Assembly: GCF_009914755.1 (NCBI RefSeq)
Contig: NC_060928.1
Direction: 5' to 3' (one strand)
Origin: the human T2T-CHM13v2.0 reference genome, Homo sapiens
Length of the DNA stretch: 64,000 nucleotides
Part shown: positions 12,085 to 30,771 of the stretch, in pieces
Position numbering within the stretch: the stretch's first letter is position 1
Layout of the letters: the number at the start of each line of letters is the position of its first letter
The notes under the pieces: generated by a model
The model's input: the letters and a program-made list of their open reading frames with translations, nothing else
Told to the model about the DNA's origin: nothing
Databases searched by the model: none
Translations under genes and position numbers: made by a program

Positions 12085-12220
12085 CACCAACAAAAGACAA
12101 ACTGAAATTATGTGCCCCCTGCTGTGATGCAGTAGAATGTACATGAAATCACATATGTAATATTCTTAATAAAAATGTTTGATCTGAACATATCTTAAAA
12201 AATAAATGAGATAACATTTC
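12085..12220 (+). mobile_element. Old L1 (L1MC/ME) 3'UTR fragment
   Basis: atgtgccccctgctgtgatgcagtag...tattcttaataaaaatgtttgatctgaa. Confidence 0.5.
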
Positions 12221-13831
12221 AATTTTCATACTTAACTCTTTTTTTAATGGCACTACAAGAAACTCAGCTTCTAATTTTTATTTTGTTTAAGATAAAAGCC
12301 ATATTATTTAAGTTAGCTCAGAAGTAAGAACTACGTTAAGAATGTTACTGATTCCTGAATAATGGCAACCTCTCTTGTGAACTGGGGGATATGGTTACTT
12401 TTGAGACTTACCCTTTTCCATTAATAAACATATCAAACAGAATCTGCTTAGTCTGTGTATGCCTAGTTCCCTATTTTTTCTTCAGATGTTATTTTTGGTC
12501 TTTTATGTACTTTTAGAGAAAAGAACAGTTATATTCTAAAATCTGGACCCACCTATTCTGTTCCATTATGGAGACTTTATTGGACTAATGAGTGAAAGAT
12601 AGATAAATCATTATTGTTTAAATATAAGACATAACTTTAAATATGTTATAGTTATCTAATCATGAAATAAGGCATCTAAAAATAATAATAATTACTTTCT
12701 TGCCAATGGAACTCTTCAAGAACAACTGACTGACTATATTCAGTGGTATCTTAAAAGTATTTTCTGTATTTGCAGAATATTAAAATAGATGGATAAACAA
12801 TGTTAATTTTCAAAATAAATATAATAAATTGATAAATGAATTAATCAATCTAAGAAACATAATATGGTAAGCTAATTTAAAAATCTTAAGTATGCCTTTA
12901 TTAAGTAAATGCCTAAAAATATAAAACAGTGATGATGTATTTCCTTTCAAACGAGTTAGGTTTCTGTTAGCACTTGTTCTGTGACTGCGATTTGGGATTC
13001 CTTGAAAATTTCACTGTATCAAAGGAAAGAAATGAAACTGTATTCCATTCTTAGGTCTTTATTGAATCTTTTCTTCCACAATGTTGAAATTTATCTGAGC
13101 CCTGTGCTCCTAGATAAAAGTAATGAGTGACAAATCCCCTGAAAACCAAAAATAAAACTGTAAGCCCCTAATTGACTGAATGGACCCCTGCTCTCATCCA
13201 AGAGGATTCCAAAGTTACCCTGAAAAATGAGTTCATGCCATGAATGCAAAGTCAAACACTCTTTGGAGTGTATACTCTCCTCTCTTTGGAATTCAGACAC
13301 AACTTACTAGCACTAACATTAAAGCACAGATCTCAAGACTGACCAAGAAAACTCTCTGTAGCAATAAAATAAAAAATTTCATCCTGACTCCAATATAGCA
13401 TGACATTACAGATAGCAGGCCCTGAAAGAAGTTAAAATGTTTTACACCAAAATATATTTTTTGATGTATTTTGAAATGGCCTGGCCAAGCTGTCTCTTGT
13501 AGAGGAAATTTACATTCTGTAGATAATCCCTTTGCCCTTCCAGGTCTTCTTTTGATCCTGAAAAGATTAGCTGAGCAAGTACAGCACCTTTTAAAGTTCT
13601 GAATATAAACCATTTGCTATCTATTGCCTCCAAGGGCAGCCACCTATGAGATCTATATAATAGGAACCTTGGTCTCCACAACTACTTTTCTTAACTCAGA
13701 CACTTCTTTTCATTGATTCAAGGTCTTTAAATAATAACTCTTATAACCAATTGCCAATCAAAAAATCTCTGAATCCACCTATGACCTGGAAGCCCCAGCT
13801 TAAGTTGTCCTGCTGTTCCAAACTGAACCAG

Positions 13832-15664
13832 TGAACTGGGGCATCACTTCACCAGCCGGAAACCTCTGTGGCCAGTGGCGCCTTTGCCTGGCTTTTGTTC
13901 TGGCCCACTGCGTTTTTTCCGCCCACTTCGCATAGCAGGCTACACTCTGCTCATGCTACTGGCCTGGATCCCAAGCCTTCCAAGGGTGAGTCAGGCATGG
14001 ATCAGCAAGGGGTGTGTGAGTGAGTGTGGAGTCTGGCCACTGCACACAGTCAAGCATGCTGCATGCGGTAGGGCATGCAGATTTAGGTGCCAGCATGGCT
14101 TCCAGCTCCTGCAAGGCTATAGTTGGACTAGGCATACCACAACCCACTTCCACAGCTGGCACTGGGGAAAGCAGTGGTACTCAGAAGCTTGGAGATGCCA
14201 GGAACTGCAGAGACCTGAAGAGGGTGTCACAGCCCTAGCTCAGGGAGCTCTTAGGTCTGGGCTCCCTGAAGGGCTGCAGTTCTTATCTCCTTCTCTCCTC
14301 ATATTCTTGTCATTTGCAATGTGGTGAGCAAGAAACATATTTCAGCACTGTTTGTATTACAGCCCTTACAGCCCTGCCATTCGGTGGGTCTTGAGTTCTT
14401 GTCCCAAGCCCAGGAAGAATGAGGTACACGGACAAGCGGAAGGTAAGCAAGGTGAAAAGGTGCTTTATTGAGCGATAGAACAGCTCAGAAGAGACTTGAA
14501 GTGAGTAGCTCCTCTCCACAGCCAGGGTGTCTGGCTCTTAGCAGAGGAAAGATCCTGGAATGGGTAGCTCCTCTCTGCATCTGTTCATCCTATCATCTCC
14601 TCAGCTCTCAGCAGAGAGGAAAACCTGGGGTGGGTAACTCTTCTCTGCAGCTGGTCATCTCATTGTCCCCTCAGCTCTCAGCAGAGAGGAGACTCTGGGG
14701 TAGATAGCTCCTCTCTGCAGCTGATCATCCCATGGTTCCTTCAGCTCTAGCAGAGAGGAGACTCTGGGGTGGGAGCTCCTCTCCACAACTGGTTATCCCA
14801 TTGTCTCCTCAGCTCTCAGCAGAGAGGAGACCGTGGGGCAGATAGCTCCTTTTTGCAGCTGATCATCACGTGGTTCCTTCAGCCCTAGCAGAGATGAGAC
14901 ACTGGGGTGGGTACTCCTCTCAACAGCTCATTGTCCCATCATCTCCTGGAGTCTGGCTGAGTCCAGGGCTTTTATGGACCGCAGAGGGGAGGAAGTGCAT
15001 GCCAACTGGTCCATGGGCAGCCATGGGCAGGCATGAAAAATGTACCACAAATTCCCAGTCTGGTCTGGAGGACTGACAGCCTGAATCCCAGGCTTGGCAG
15101 GCCTTCCCTGACTTGAAGATAGAGCTACACCAGGGACCTGCCTGTTTCCACCCAAGAGCCTGTCTGACTCCTGCCGCTGTTCATAGGCTGTTTGTGGCAA
15201 GGGGCGCCTCTAGGCAGTACCAAGCTGCCTTCAGCACCCCTTTTGTCTCCTTCCCATGCTCATCAGGACCCAAAGTCCAGAGGGGGTCAAGGCGACAGGG
15301 GACTAGTGTGTCAGTGCTGCCCTGAGTGTGCAGACACCTGGCCAGGCTGCAACAGCACCCTGGCTCAGCCCCAACCTTGCTCCAAGATCAGAGAGGGCAC
15401 CAGAAGCAGGGAAAGGCCAGGCAGTGGGAGCAGACACCTCCAAGCCTGCAGGGGCAGGGGAGTCTTTCCAGGCCACTGAGAGTGCAGAGATGCCTGGGTC
15501 TGCAGCTGCAGCTTAGGTGGTTGCAGTTGTGTCCAGGAGAGTGGAGCTCCTGCCTGCTCCTGGCCTCCACTAGCTCCGTGGAGTGTGCAGCCCTGGCTAC
15601 ACCTCCTGCACTGCAGCCTGGCGTCATGGCAGCAGCCACTCTAGATGGGCTGCTGCTGCCATCA
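13832..15664 (-). mobile_element. MER52 LTR (GC-rich) with expanded internal tandem array
   Basis: Reverse start TGATGGCAGCAGCAGCCCATCTAGAGTGGCTGCTGCCATGACGCC; colinear with the copy at 48906-52801. Confidence 0.88.
14500..14950. repeat. ~69-70-bp minisatellite, about 6.5 units
   Basis: Units start near 14561, 14631, 14701, 14770, 14839, 14908 (tagctcctctctgcagctg...cagctctcagcagagaggagac..gggg). Confidence 0.93.
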
Positions 15665-17965
15665 AATGTACACCTTACATGCATTGATTGATGTCTGTCT
15701 GTAACTTCTGTTCTTTTAAAATGTATAAAACCAAGCTATAACCCAACCACCTTTGGCATGTTCTCAAAACCTCTTGAGGCTATCCCTCAGGCTATATATC
15801 CCTCATATTTGACTCAGAATAAACCTCTTTAATTATTTTACAGAGTTTGACTCTTTTCATCAACATCGCTTTCTTTTTCCATACAAGAAAGGGAAATCTT
15901 TTCCTGGAATATTACAATATAAGACCAACTTACATTCTTCTACATGACTTTCTTAAGGCCCCCTTTGTGTACAAGTCTCAGACTCCTTTTTCTTTGAAAT
16001 GTTATTCATTAATGGAAATATGTCCTATTACAATATGAACAAAATCATCTTCCTAATGGCCCTATTAATTGATTTCACAGTTTAGTGCCAATACTCATAA
16101 AGGATAGACTCTTATTTTGGGATCCCCATTTATTTCACTGAGGTAATAAAGCCTCTCAGAGCCTTTTAACTTGTTATCTGAGGACATTACAGTCAGTCCT
16201 GTTCCTGATTCTGTGTCTTGAATTCTTGTCCATTGGTAGCAAAGTAAAGATTTGATTTTGATATTTTTTAGGTCCTCACTCAATATCTGGTGCTGACTTC
16301 TTCTCACCTCATAAGCTGATCATTTGGTAATTTCTGTAAGCAGATAAATGTTTTATAAAGTTCTCATTTCCATGGTGTTTGTGAAGGCAGAGAATCTGCA
16401 TTGCCAGTCATTTCTATGTGTGTATTTGTATATTTTGAGCTCAAATAAAGTAAGAATTTTATGCCCACTGGAAAGCAAATTTCTAATATTTTTGTTTTTA
16501 ATGCTTGACCCCTGGCTGGAGTTTTAGAATTGAACAGTTATACTTTCTGTATTCATGTTTCTATCTGTTATTTTATGTCTGTTATTCAGAAAATTTCATT
16601 GTATGTAATATTTTTCTACTTCCACTTAGTGTTATCAAATTAGATGATAAAAGACTCTTAAACTTTATTATAAGTAGATTAGAGATAAATATGCACTTAT
16701 GTATATCAAATATTCCATAATTTCATACATAATATCAAATTATGTCTTGAAAATTAAATGTCAATTTATTAATTAATTGTCTTGAAAATTAAAGACATTA
16801 AACATCTTACTAAAGGACTATACACCATGACCAAGTAAGATTTATTCTGTAATGGAAGGATAGGTCAACATTTAAAAATCAATGAGTATTATTCACCATA
16901 TTTCAAAATAAAGGAAAAAAGATATGCCAATCTCCATTAATGCAGAACAAAATTTGACAAAATTCAGTAGTCTTCCATGATTAAATCACTCAAGAGACTA
17001 GAGTAAAAGAAATTTTTCTTAAAATAATAAAGGTCATATGTAAAGAACCCACAGCTATTATCATACTCAATGGTAAAAGATGGAAAGTTTCTCCCCTAAT
17101 ATCAGAAATAAGAAAAAAACGTCTGTTTTGTCACTTTTATTAAACATAGTATTGGCAGTTCTAATAAAAACAATCAAGCAAGGAAAAACAAAAGCATTCA
17201 TATTGTAAAGGAAGACACAGATATAGGATACAAAAGTAATACTCAGAAGATGCATTTCTACACAATAACAATGAACAATCTGAAATGAAATTTGAAAACA
17301 ATTCTATTTACAATAGTTTAAAAAAATACTTAGAAATACACTTAACCCAGGCAATAAGGGGCTGTTATACTGAAAACTGCAAAACATTACTGAAATAAAT
17401 TATAGAAGACACAAATAAATAGAATAACTTCCTTTGATGGAAGCCTTAATGTTGATAAAATGACAACATTACCCAAAGTGATCTATTATTCACTGCAGTC
17501 TCTATCAATTCCATATGATTTGGGGGGGAGAAATGGAAAAACCCATACTAAAATTCGTACAGAATTGCATAGGCCCACAAAGAGCCAAAACAATCTTGAA
17601 AAAGAAGAACACAGTTGGAAGACTCACACTACTTAAATTCCAAATTTACTTTAAAGCTATAGAATCAAAACAGGGTGGTACTGTCATGAAGACAGATATA
17701 TAGACCAATGGAATTAAATAGAGTTCAGAAATAAATCCTCAAATATAGGACCAAACAATTTTCAAGAGTACCAAGACCAATGAATAGAGAAAAGACATTT
17801 TCTAGATATGATTCTAGAGAAACTAGATATCTTCATGTAAAGAATAGAACTGAACACTTACCGCATAAAATATACAAAAATTAATTCAAAATGGATAGAA
17901 GACTTAAATGTAAATGCTAAACCTATACATTTCTAGAAGAAAACATAGGAAAGAAACTTCATGAC

Positions 17966-18477
17966 ACTCCTCCTCCTGCTGTGGCCATGTAAGTCATGAC
18001 TGCTTCCCCTTCACCTTCACCTTCTGCCATGATTGAAAGTTTCCTGGGCTGGGCGTGGTGGCTCATGCCTGTAATCCCAAAACTTTGGGAGGCTGAGACA
18101 GGCAGATCGTGAGGTCAGGAGATTGAGACCATCCTGGCTAACACGGTGAAACCCTGTCTCTACTAAAAATACAAAAAATTAGCCGGGTGTGGTGGCACGC
18201 GCCTGTAGTCCCACCTACTCAGGAGAATCCGTTGAACCCAGGAGGCAGATTTGCAATGAACCGAGATCGCACCACCGCACTACTCCAGCCTGGGCGACAG
18301 AAGGAGACTCCGTCTCCAAAACAACAACAACAGCAACAACAGCAACAACAAAAACCCCAAAAAAACAAAAAAAGAAAGTTTTCTTTGGCCTCCCAAGAAG
18401 CCATCATGCTTCCCTTACAGCCTGGAGAACCATGAATCAATTAAACCTCTTTTCTTTATAAATTAAAAAGAGAAAAA
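17966..18477 (+). mobile_element. MST-type MaLR LTR 3' fragment with A-rich tail, itself carrying an Alu
   Basis: ggccatgtaag...cttctgccatgattgaaagtttcct[Alu]ggcctcccaagaagc...cagcctggagaaccatgaatcaattaaacctcttttctttataaatt + aaaaagagaaaaa. Confidence 0.8.
18047..18373 (+). mobile_element. AluSc/Y-type SINE with 13-bp internal deletion and (CAA/CAG)n tail
   Basis: Alu dimer; ctcaggag|aatcc lacks gctgaggcaggag; TSD-like gaaagttt on both sides. Confidence 0.93.
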
Positions 18478-21400
18478 CATGACTTTGGATTTTCCAACAA
18501 TTTACTGGATATGACACCAAAAGCACAGGCCACAAAAGAAAAAATAGTTAAATTGTACTTCATCAAAATTAAAAATGGATGCACATCAAAGGACATTATC
18601 AAGAGAGTGAAAAAGCAATCCACAGAGTTGGAGAAAATATTTACAAATTGAACATCTGTTAATAAATTAATATTTAGAAATATACACACACACAGAGAAA
18701 CACACACACACACATAAACAAAAACCAACAACAGAAAAGCAAACAATCCAATTAAAAATGAGCAAAGTACTTGAACAGACATTTCTACACACAAAAAAAT
18801 AAACAAATAGCTAATAAGCACATGTGAATATGCTCAATATCACTAAATACTAGAGAAATTCAAATCAAAACTACAACGGGATACCACTTCGTACTCTCTA
18901 GGTTGGCTATTATTCAAAAATAAAGATAAAAAAATAGCAAGTGTTGCTGAGGTTGTGGAGAAACTGAAAGGTCTCTGTAATGCTGAAGATAACGTAAATT
19001 GCTTCTGCCACTGTGGAAAATATATGATGGTGCCTCAAAAAGTTAAACATGAATTACCATGTGATCCAGCAATTATGCTTATAGGAATATAGCCAAAAGA
19101 ATTAAAAGCAGCTATTTGAACAGATAACTGTATATACATGTTCAGGCAGCATTATTCATATGTGTGAACAGAGTAGCAAAATATGGTATCTACACACAAT
19201 GGAATATAATTGTCTTAAAAAAGAATGAAATTCTGATACATTCTAAAACATGGATGAAACTTGAAAACATTACGCTAAGTGAAATAAGCCAAACATGAAA
19301 GAAGAAATACTATGTGACATCACTTATATGAGCTTCCTAGAATAGTCATATTCTTAGAGGCAAAAATGAATTAATGGTTACCAGGAACTAAAAGAAGGCA
19401 TGAATAGGGAATTATTTTTTAATGGATAAATGTACAGTTTGGTACGATGCAGAAGTTCTGGAGATGGATAGTGATAATGAGGCCCAACAATGTGAATGTA
19501 CATAATGTCACTGAAACGTACACCCCAAAATAGTCAAAATTGTAAATTTTACATATATTTTATCACAATTTTTAAAAATTGAGTGATAAAAAGTATCAAA
19601 CAAAAAAATTCGAGTTTACACATAGTTAAATCTTTGTCAAGAAGACTAATTTAATATGTTTGGTTTAATGAAAACAGCTTTCTTTTTTCTGAGACATTAG
19701 CATTAAGTTTACTAAATAGTAGCACACATTTTTAATTGATTTGAATATTTTTTCCTAAATTTTTTCAAGTATACTAATTAAATAAGCTAATATTATTTCT
19801 ATTTAAAGTTTAAGATTATACAAAATATAAATTCATGTTTAGCCAAAGAATCATGATTGTGATGAATTTTATTTCAGTAATGTTTTGTAGTATGTTATCT
19901 TTAAACACATTTTCTAACATCATTCGGTAAGTTTAAATCTCAGGTTGATACTAAATGGAACTAATTAATGGATATTCAATAGATAACTACCTCATTTCTA
20001 AGTGTGATATAATACTGAAACATTACTTAGTAAGTAGAGATATAAAGTTTATATACCTTTGCTTCTTTATATGTGATGGAGAGACTATAATTTCTGTTGT
20101 TATTAAATGTGTTCTTTTTTCTGCTTTGAGAAATTGTACTATGAGGATTATATTTTTATTAAGAAAAAAATGAGGGGTTTTTTCTAGAGATTTACTTGTT
20201 TCAAAATGATAAAAAGGAAATTATAGGATCTAAATGGAAACAGAAATTGTAGAAAGCTTGGAGAAGGGACATTTTATTAGCTGTAACCAAAGCTAGCTAA
20301 ATTTTATACTTTTATTTACAAGATTTTTTAAAAAGTGCTTGTGCTTAGATTTTCTTGGATTATTGGCTTGGTCTTAAAAAGAGATTGTAAATGCTTATTC
20401 CTTATCTTATGTCTTAAAATAATAAAAATTTGGTCCTATTAGAATAACCATCTAAGGTTTATGTTTACTTTATTATGGCCTTGATTACTTAAAAAAAATC
20501 CAGATTTCTCACTTAGAGAATTAAGGTTATTTACCATCATATTGCCTCCTAGGTTAACTATAAAATCTTTTGCTGTTAAACAGGTTGTTAAGTATTTCTC
20601 AGTAGCCTATCATTCTATTTTAATCATGCGTTCAAATTTCTCAACAACTTTTAAAATTTTGCCTTTTCCTAATCAAATGTTAAATGGTATGTCTTGTACC
20701 TCAGCTGCTTAGCCATACCTTAGTTAAATTTGTATAAATAAAATGTTACTAATAGATAGACATTTAAAGTTACTCTAGATTTATTTAATTTCTTTATTTG
20801 ATATTATTTATATATTTTTGGTTTGTTTTAAATAATTATTGATCTACTCATGGGTTCTTATGTGTCCTACAATTTTGTTAAATGTAAATTTTTTTCTCTA
20901 AAAATATTACGTTTAACATTTTTATAAATAAGATGCAATATATACTCACTTTTAAAAATAAAGACATCAGTACATACTGACATTTTGTCTTAAAATCGTG
21001 TTTGCTTTAACTTTATTCGTAGTATCTTGTTTTTTAAGCTTTAGAAACAAATTTTCATATTAGTTGCATTTTTATTGTAATGAACTTTCATTCGTTCTCT
21101 CTTTTGAAGTGTCATCTAATAACAACCACAATTATTGTAAGTTTTTGTCATCTACAAATAGTTTTCTGTTTTACTCTGATGCTAACCTGACAGAACCTGC
21201 AATCAGCTACAGGCCAAAATGTTTTGCCTTTAAAAAAAAAAACCGTCTGGGATCCTTTTGGAAGAGAATTATTCGGATACTATGGTATACTGGCTTCTGA
21301 CGGCTTTACTTAACTTTGAGACCATATCAAACAGACCAAATCAGGATACCAAAAATCTTTATTCGAGAGGCAGTTGAGTTCATTAGAATAATAGCAAAAG

Positions 21401-21946
21401 TTTGAGTGAGCAATAATTAATTATAATAGTTAATGAATTACTGAATTAACCTATCGGGTATGATTATAGATTTCGTTTGTTATACTGTTGATGTTTTAAT
21501 GTTTCATTGTCTAAATATACAAGAAGTTCTTTCCTGTATTTTCTTAAGCAATATGTAATTCATAAAATTTTAGTAGACCATGCTTTTAACAACTGAAATG
21601 AAACATTTGTAAATAATACATTTTTCTGCCTTTCTGACTCCTTTAACATGTGAATGTTCTCATTCAGTATTATTTTAATGGCAATAAAATTATTTACATA
21701 GTTTTAATAGGAACTTGCTCTCCTGTTTAGCAGATTATAATTGGAAATATTGATTGTGTAACCAAAAACTGTGCCTATCTTGTATTTACAATTGTTAGCA
21801 CAGTATGGAATCCATACTCAGTATTCAACACATTTTTAAATCAATATATGGATAAATATGTAAATATTTACAATATTAATGTAGTATAATCCTCTAAAAC
21901 ATTCTTAACTCCCCCCTATACTTCATTCTTATAATATCCTTAGCTC

Positions 21947-22241
<295 letters not shown>

Positions 22242-22693
22242 ATCCCTAGCTCTCCCCCATACATCATTCTTCAACAAACCTGGATATGTGAAGAAAATGT
22301 CTTTTAGTACTAGATATTATACACATATAACAATACTTGCTTTATTTTATTTATTCTCTTTTTATATATCTAATCATATACACATATGATTAGTGAAGGA
22401 AAATCAACTTTTATCATAAACTGAAATCTATGTCTTGTTACAATATAATGTTTTAGAATAGGGAGTTATTATTTAGCTTTAGAGTTTATTATTTAGTTTT
22501 AGAATAGGGAGTAACTGAAGATCAGCCAACTTAAATAACGTATGTAGTATCACACAGCTAGCAGTGACAGCCTTGAACCACAAAATAGAAGACCATGGTC
22601 CTTCCATCTATACATTATAAGGTAGGAAGAGCTGAATTACATGTGAATGGAATGAACAAAAGGAAAGTGATGGAGAAGCCTAAATGGTGTATC

Positions 22694-22855
22694 ACTAAGT
22701 TTATAAGTGAAGGAGAAATAAAATCCTTTACAGACAAGGAAATGCTGAGAGATTTTGTCACCACCAGGCCTGCCCTAAAAGAGCTCCTGAAGGAAGCACT
22801 AAACATGGAAGGGAACAACCAGTACCAGCCACTGCAAAATCATGCCAAATTGTAA
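22694..22855 (+). pseudogene. L1 ORF1p C-terminal remnant
   Basis: FISEGEIKSFTDKEMLRDFVTTRPALKELLKEALNME...QNHAKL. Confidence 0.93.
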
Positions 22856-22903
22856 AGACCATCGAGACTAGGAAGAAACTGCATCAACTAACGAGCAGAA
22901 TAA

Positions 22904-26744
<3,841 letters not shown>

Positions 26745-28599
26745 ACAATGAGAACACATGGAAACAGGAAGGAGAACATCACACTCTGCGGACTGTTGTG
26801 GGGTGGGGGGAGGGAGGTGGGATAGCATTAGGAGACATACCTAATGCTAAATGACGCGTTAATGGGTGCAGCACACCAGCATGACACATGTATACGTATG
26901 TAACTAACCTGCACATTGTGTACATGTATCCTAAAACTTAAAGTATAATAATAATAAAAAAATCAGTTAATGAATATTAAGTAAAAATCAACTTTCTCTG
27001 TAGGTCAATTAGTTTATTGTATTTTAATTTGATCTGTTTTGGATTAGAGCATAAATAGGCCTCAATTTAGATGGCATATTCTGTGATAAAAAATATTGCT
27101 TTGCTATGCCTGTGTGTGAATGTGAGAATGTCTTCTTGAGTGTGTTTGAGAGTATGAAAAAGTAAAGACAAGGCCAGGAAGGAGCACAGAAAAACTACAG
27201 AGAGAAGAATTAAAAATATCTTTATACTGGTATTTCTTCCTTTTGTTCCAGTCTTTGGATGCTTCAAGCTTTCTTCATTAAGAAATAATGTAGATAACAA
27301 ATTCAAATGAATTCCAGTACAGACGTGCCACTCGGTGTCTTTAAATTCTTATGTATTATGGAATTTCCTTAACAAAAAGTACTAATTATACTGAAAATAC
27401 AAGTAATTTTACAAAAAATTGAAGATTTATATGTTAATTAAAAATAGGATTTCTATGTAATAAATACATTTCTAAAAGTAGAGATTTACATATTATGATG
27501 AAGTCAGCTACATTTAAAAATTGTGTGTATTGTACTCCCTAAGCCTCTGTATGCCCATAACAAGAATATGTTCTCTGTGCATCAGTTTTATCCCAGCAGA
27601 AAATGATAATATACAGTATACAACTAACCTAATGGGTTTGAAGTGAATATTAGTTGCCTGAAATGCAGGTAAAAGTTACTTCCACCATACAGCGAAATCA
27701 CCAAAGAAGTAATATTGAATTGCACATGATAAATCCTAACACTCTCTAAACTACTGGCTGAAAAGCACCAAATATGAGTTTTCTCAGTATGTTGAGTATT
27801 CTGGCGTGGAGGCGTAATCAAGAGGGGGAATATGAAAACATAAAACATTTTAAACGTAAAAAATAATAGATGGAGCCAAAAGAGAGTCTATGTGTTTTAG
27901 GCAGTTAGTTGGGGAAGACATTTTAATAAATATAAAAAGAGCAGGAAGGTTAGAGAAAAAAATTTATTACCTACCTGAGTATCCTTTAAAAGCAGAACAC
28001 AATGACATAGGGAGAAATTGAATTCTTAAGCTCATAATTATCAAAGAGATAACAAATATATATAACTAGAAGAGAAATATACAAATTTGGGGATTGATTT
28101 TAACCATATATGAGAGCTTTTGTGATTAACATGTTGATTCAAGAAAGATTAAAAGTAAAAATTAAATATTTTATTTATCTATGTATTTACTTATTTATAT
28201 TTCACATGTAATTCAAGAACATTGAAGAAAATAAACAGTATAGATACACAATAAATAAATAGTGAGAAATAAATAGGAAGAAATGCATAGAGTTGGGTGG
28301 AAGTGGTGATGGTAGTGCTTGTGCATGTGCATGTACGCACCTTATAATTGATATCATGCTGTATATATTCTCCAATGAATTGTTTATTCAATATAAATAA
28401 AAGTGAAAAGTGTCTAAGACAGTATTCTGAAAGTATTTACTGACTTTTTTAGTTTTCTACAATTTATTTTCTGAATTCCCTGTTTTTTAGGGGTTTATAT
28501 TTTCAAAAAATGTGAAAGGACAGATATGAAAGAAAGAAAGGAAAGTTGAGGACAGGTATCGTAAGGGATAATGTCAAGGGCATTTTTCAGGTGCACTTC

Positions 28600-28800
28600 A
28601 AAGCCAGTTAAAACTTAGGTTGCATTCTTACTTTACCACTTCTTAGTACGGCCTTTAATACGTTACTTCACCTTTTCAGCTTTAGTTTCTTACTTGTAAA
28701 ATCTGAATAGTGGAATCTATTTAATGGAGAATATGAGAATTAAAATTTAATTATCAGTATAATGCCTGTCACAGAATAAACAATTGATGTTTAGAAATTA
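28600..28800 (+). mobile_element. MIR fragment
   Basis: ttaccacttcttag...gttacttcacc...agtttcttacttgtaaaat...tgagaattaaa...aatgcctgtcacag. Confidence 0.6.
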
Positions 28801-29049
28801 TTATTATAAAATGCTGAGGAACTTAGTGCTTACACAATTGCATGAATGATAATTCACAGATTTTCCTGGATGAACTAAAACATATAACTGCAAATATAGG
28901 AGGTGATTACTGAAATTATTCACGTCTTAAACAATAAGCAATGCAAATATTTCTATGCTTATAATTTGTACTTATATTTTTTCTGCATTTAGTGACAAAC
29001 AGGCCTATTCAGAGGCAAACATGCTGCTGCATTTTAATCGGATCACAGT

Positions 29050-30545
<1,496 letters not shown>

Positions 30546-30587
30546 AAGTCATAACGTAATGCTTAAAATATTTATTCTTCAAAAATA

Positions 30588-30771
30588 GGCCTAGCTTGGT
30601 GGCAGGAGCCTGTAGTTCCAGCTACTCAGGAGGCTGAGGTGGGAGGATTGCTCCAGCCCAGGAGTTAGAGGCTGTAGTGCATTACGATTGCACCTGTGAA
30701 TAGCCACTGCACTCCAGCCTGGGCAACATAGGGAGAACTAGTCTGTAACAAGAGGAAAAAAATAAAATAAA
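30588..30771 (+). mobile_element. FAM (fossil Alu monomer)
   Basis: Monomer retaining the 7SL-like cacctgtgaatagccactgcactccagcctgggcaacata segment, plus A-tail. Confidence 0.85.

Larger units (their letters stand above)
13140..15865 (+). mobile_element. MER4 (MER4D/E-like) LTR interrupted by MER52
   Basis: Start tgaaaaccaaaaataaaactgtaagcccc; end cagaataaacctctttaattattttacagagtttgactcttttcatcaaca. Confidence 0.85.
13082..16079 (+). mobile_element. MER67-like ERV1 LTR split by later insertions (13082-13139 and 15866-16079)
   Basis: Starts tgttgaaatttatctgagccctgtgctcct; resumes after the MER4 and ends gatttcaca, followed by PBS-like gtttagtgcc. Confidence 0.55.
16790..19580 (+). mobile_element. 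L1MB-type LINE, 5'-truncated (ORF2 RT to 3'UTR)
   Basis: caccatgaccaagta (HHDQV); peptide EKPILKFVQN...AKTILKKKNTVGRLTL; 3'UTR gaagttctggagatggatagtg...tatcacaattttt. Confidence 0.88.
16080..21830 (+). mobile_element. Degenerate AT-rich MER4-group ERV internal sequence (16080-~16760 and ~19600-21830), split by an L1MB
   Basis: Directly follows the LTR end and PBS-like motif; non-coding AT-rich text resembling non-autonomous MER4-group internals. Confidence 0.45.

Noticed and set aside
14500-14950. Array of ~70-bp units as a CRISPR or novel array
   Set aside because: Units are similar along their whole length with no unique spacers, and lie inside a MER52 LTR
13875-15691. Cluster of 60-150-aa ORFs as genes (likewise 48733-52910)
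   Set aside because: They fall in GC-rich MER52/THE1 sequence where stops are rare; no recognisable domains
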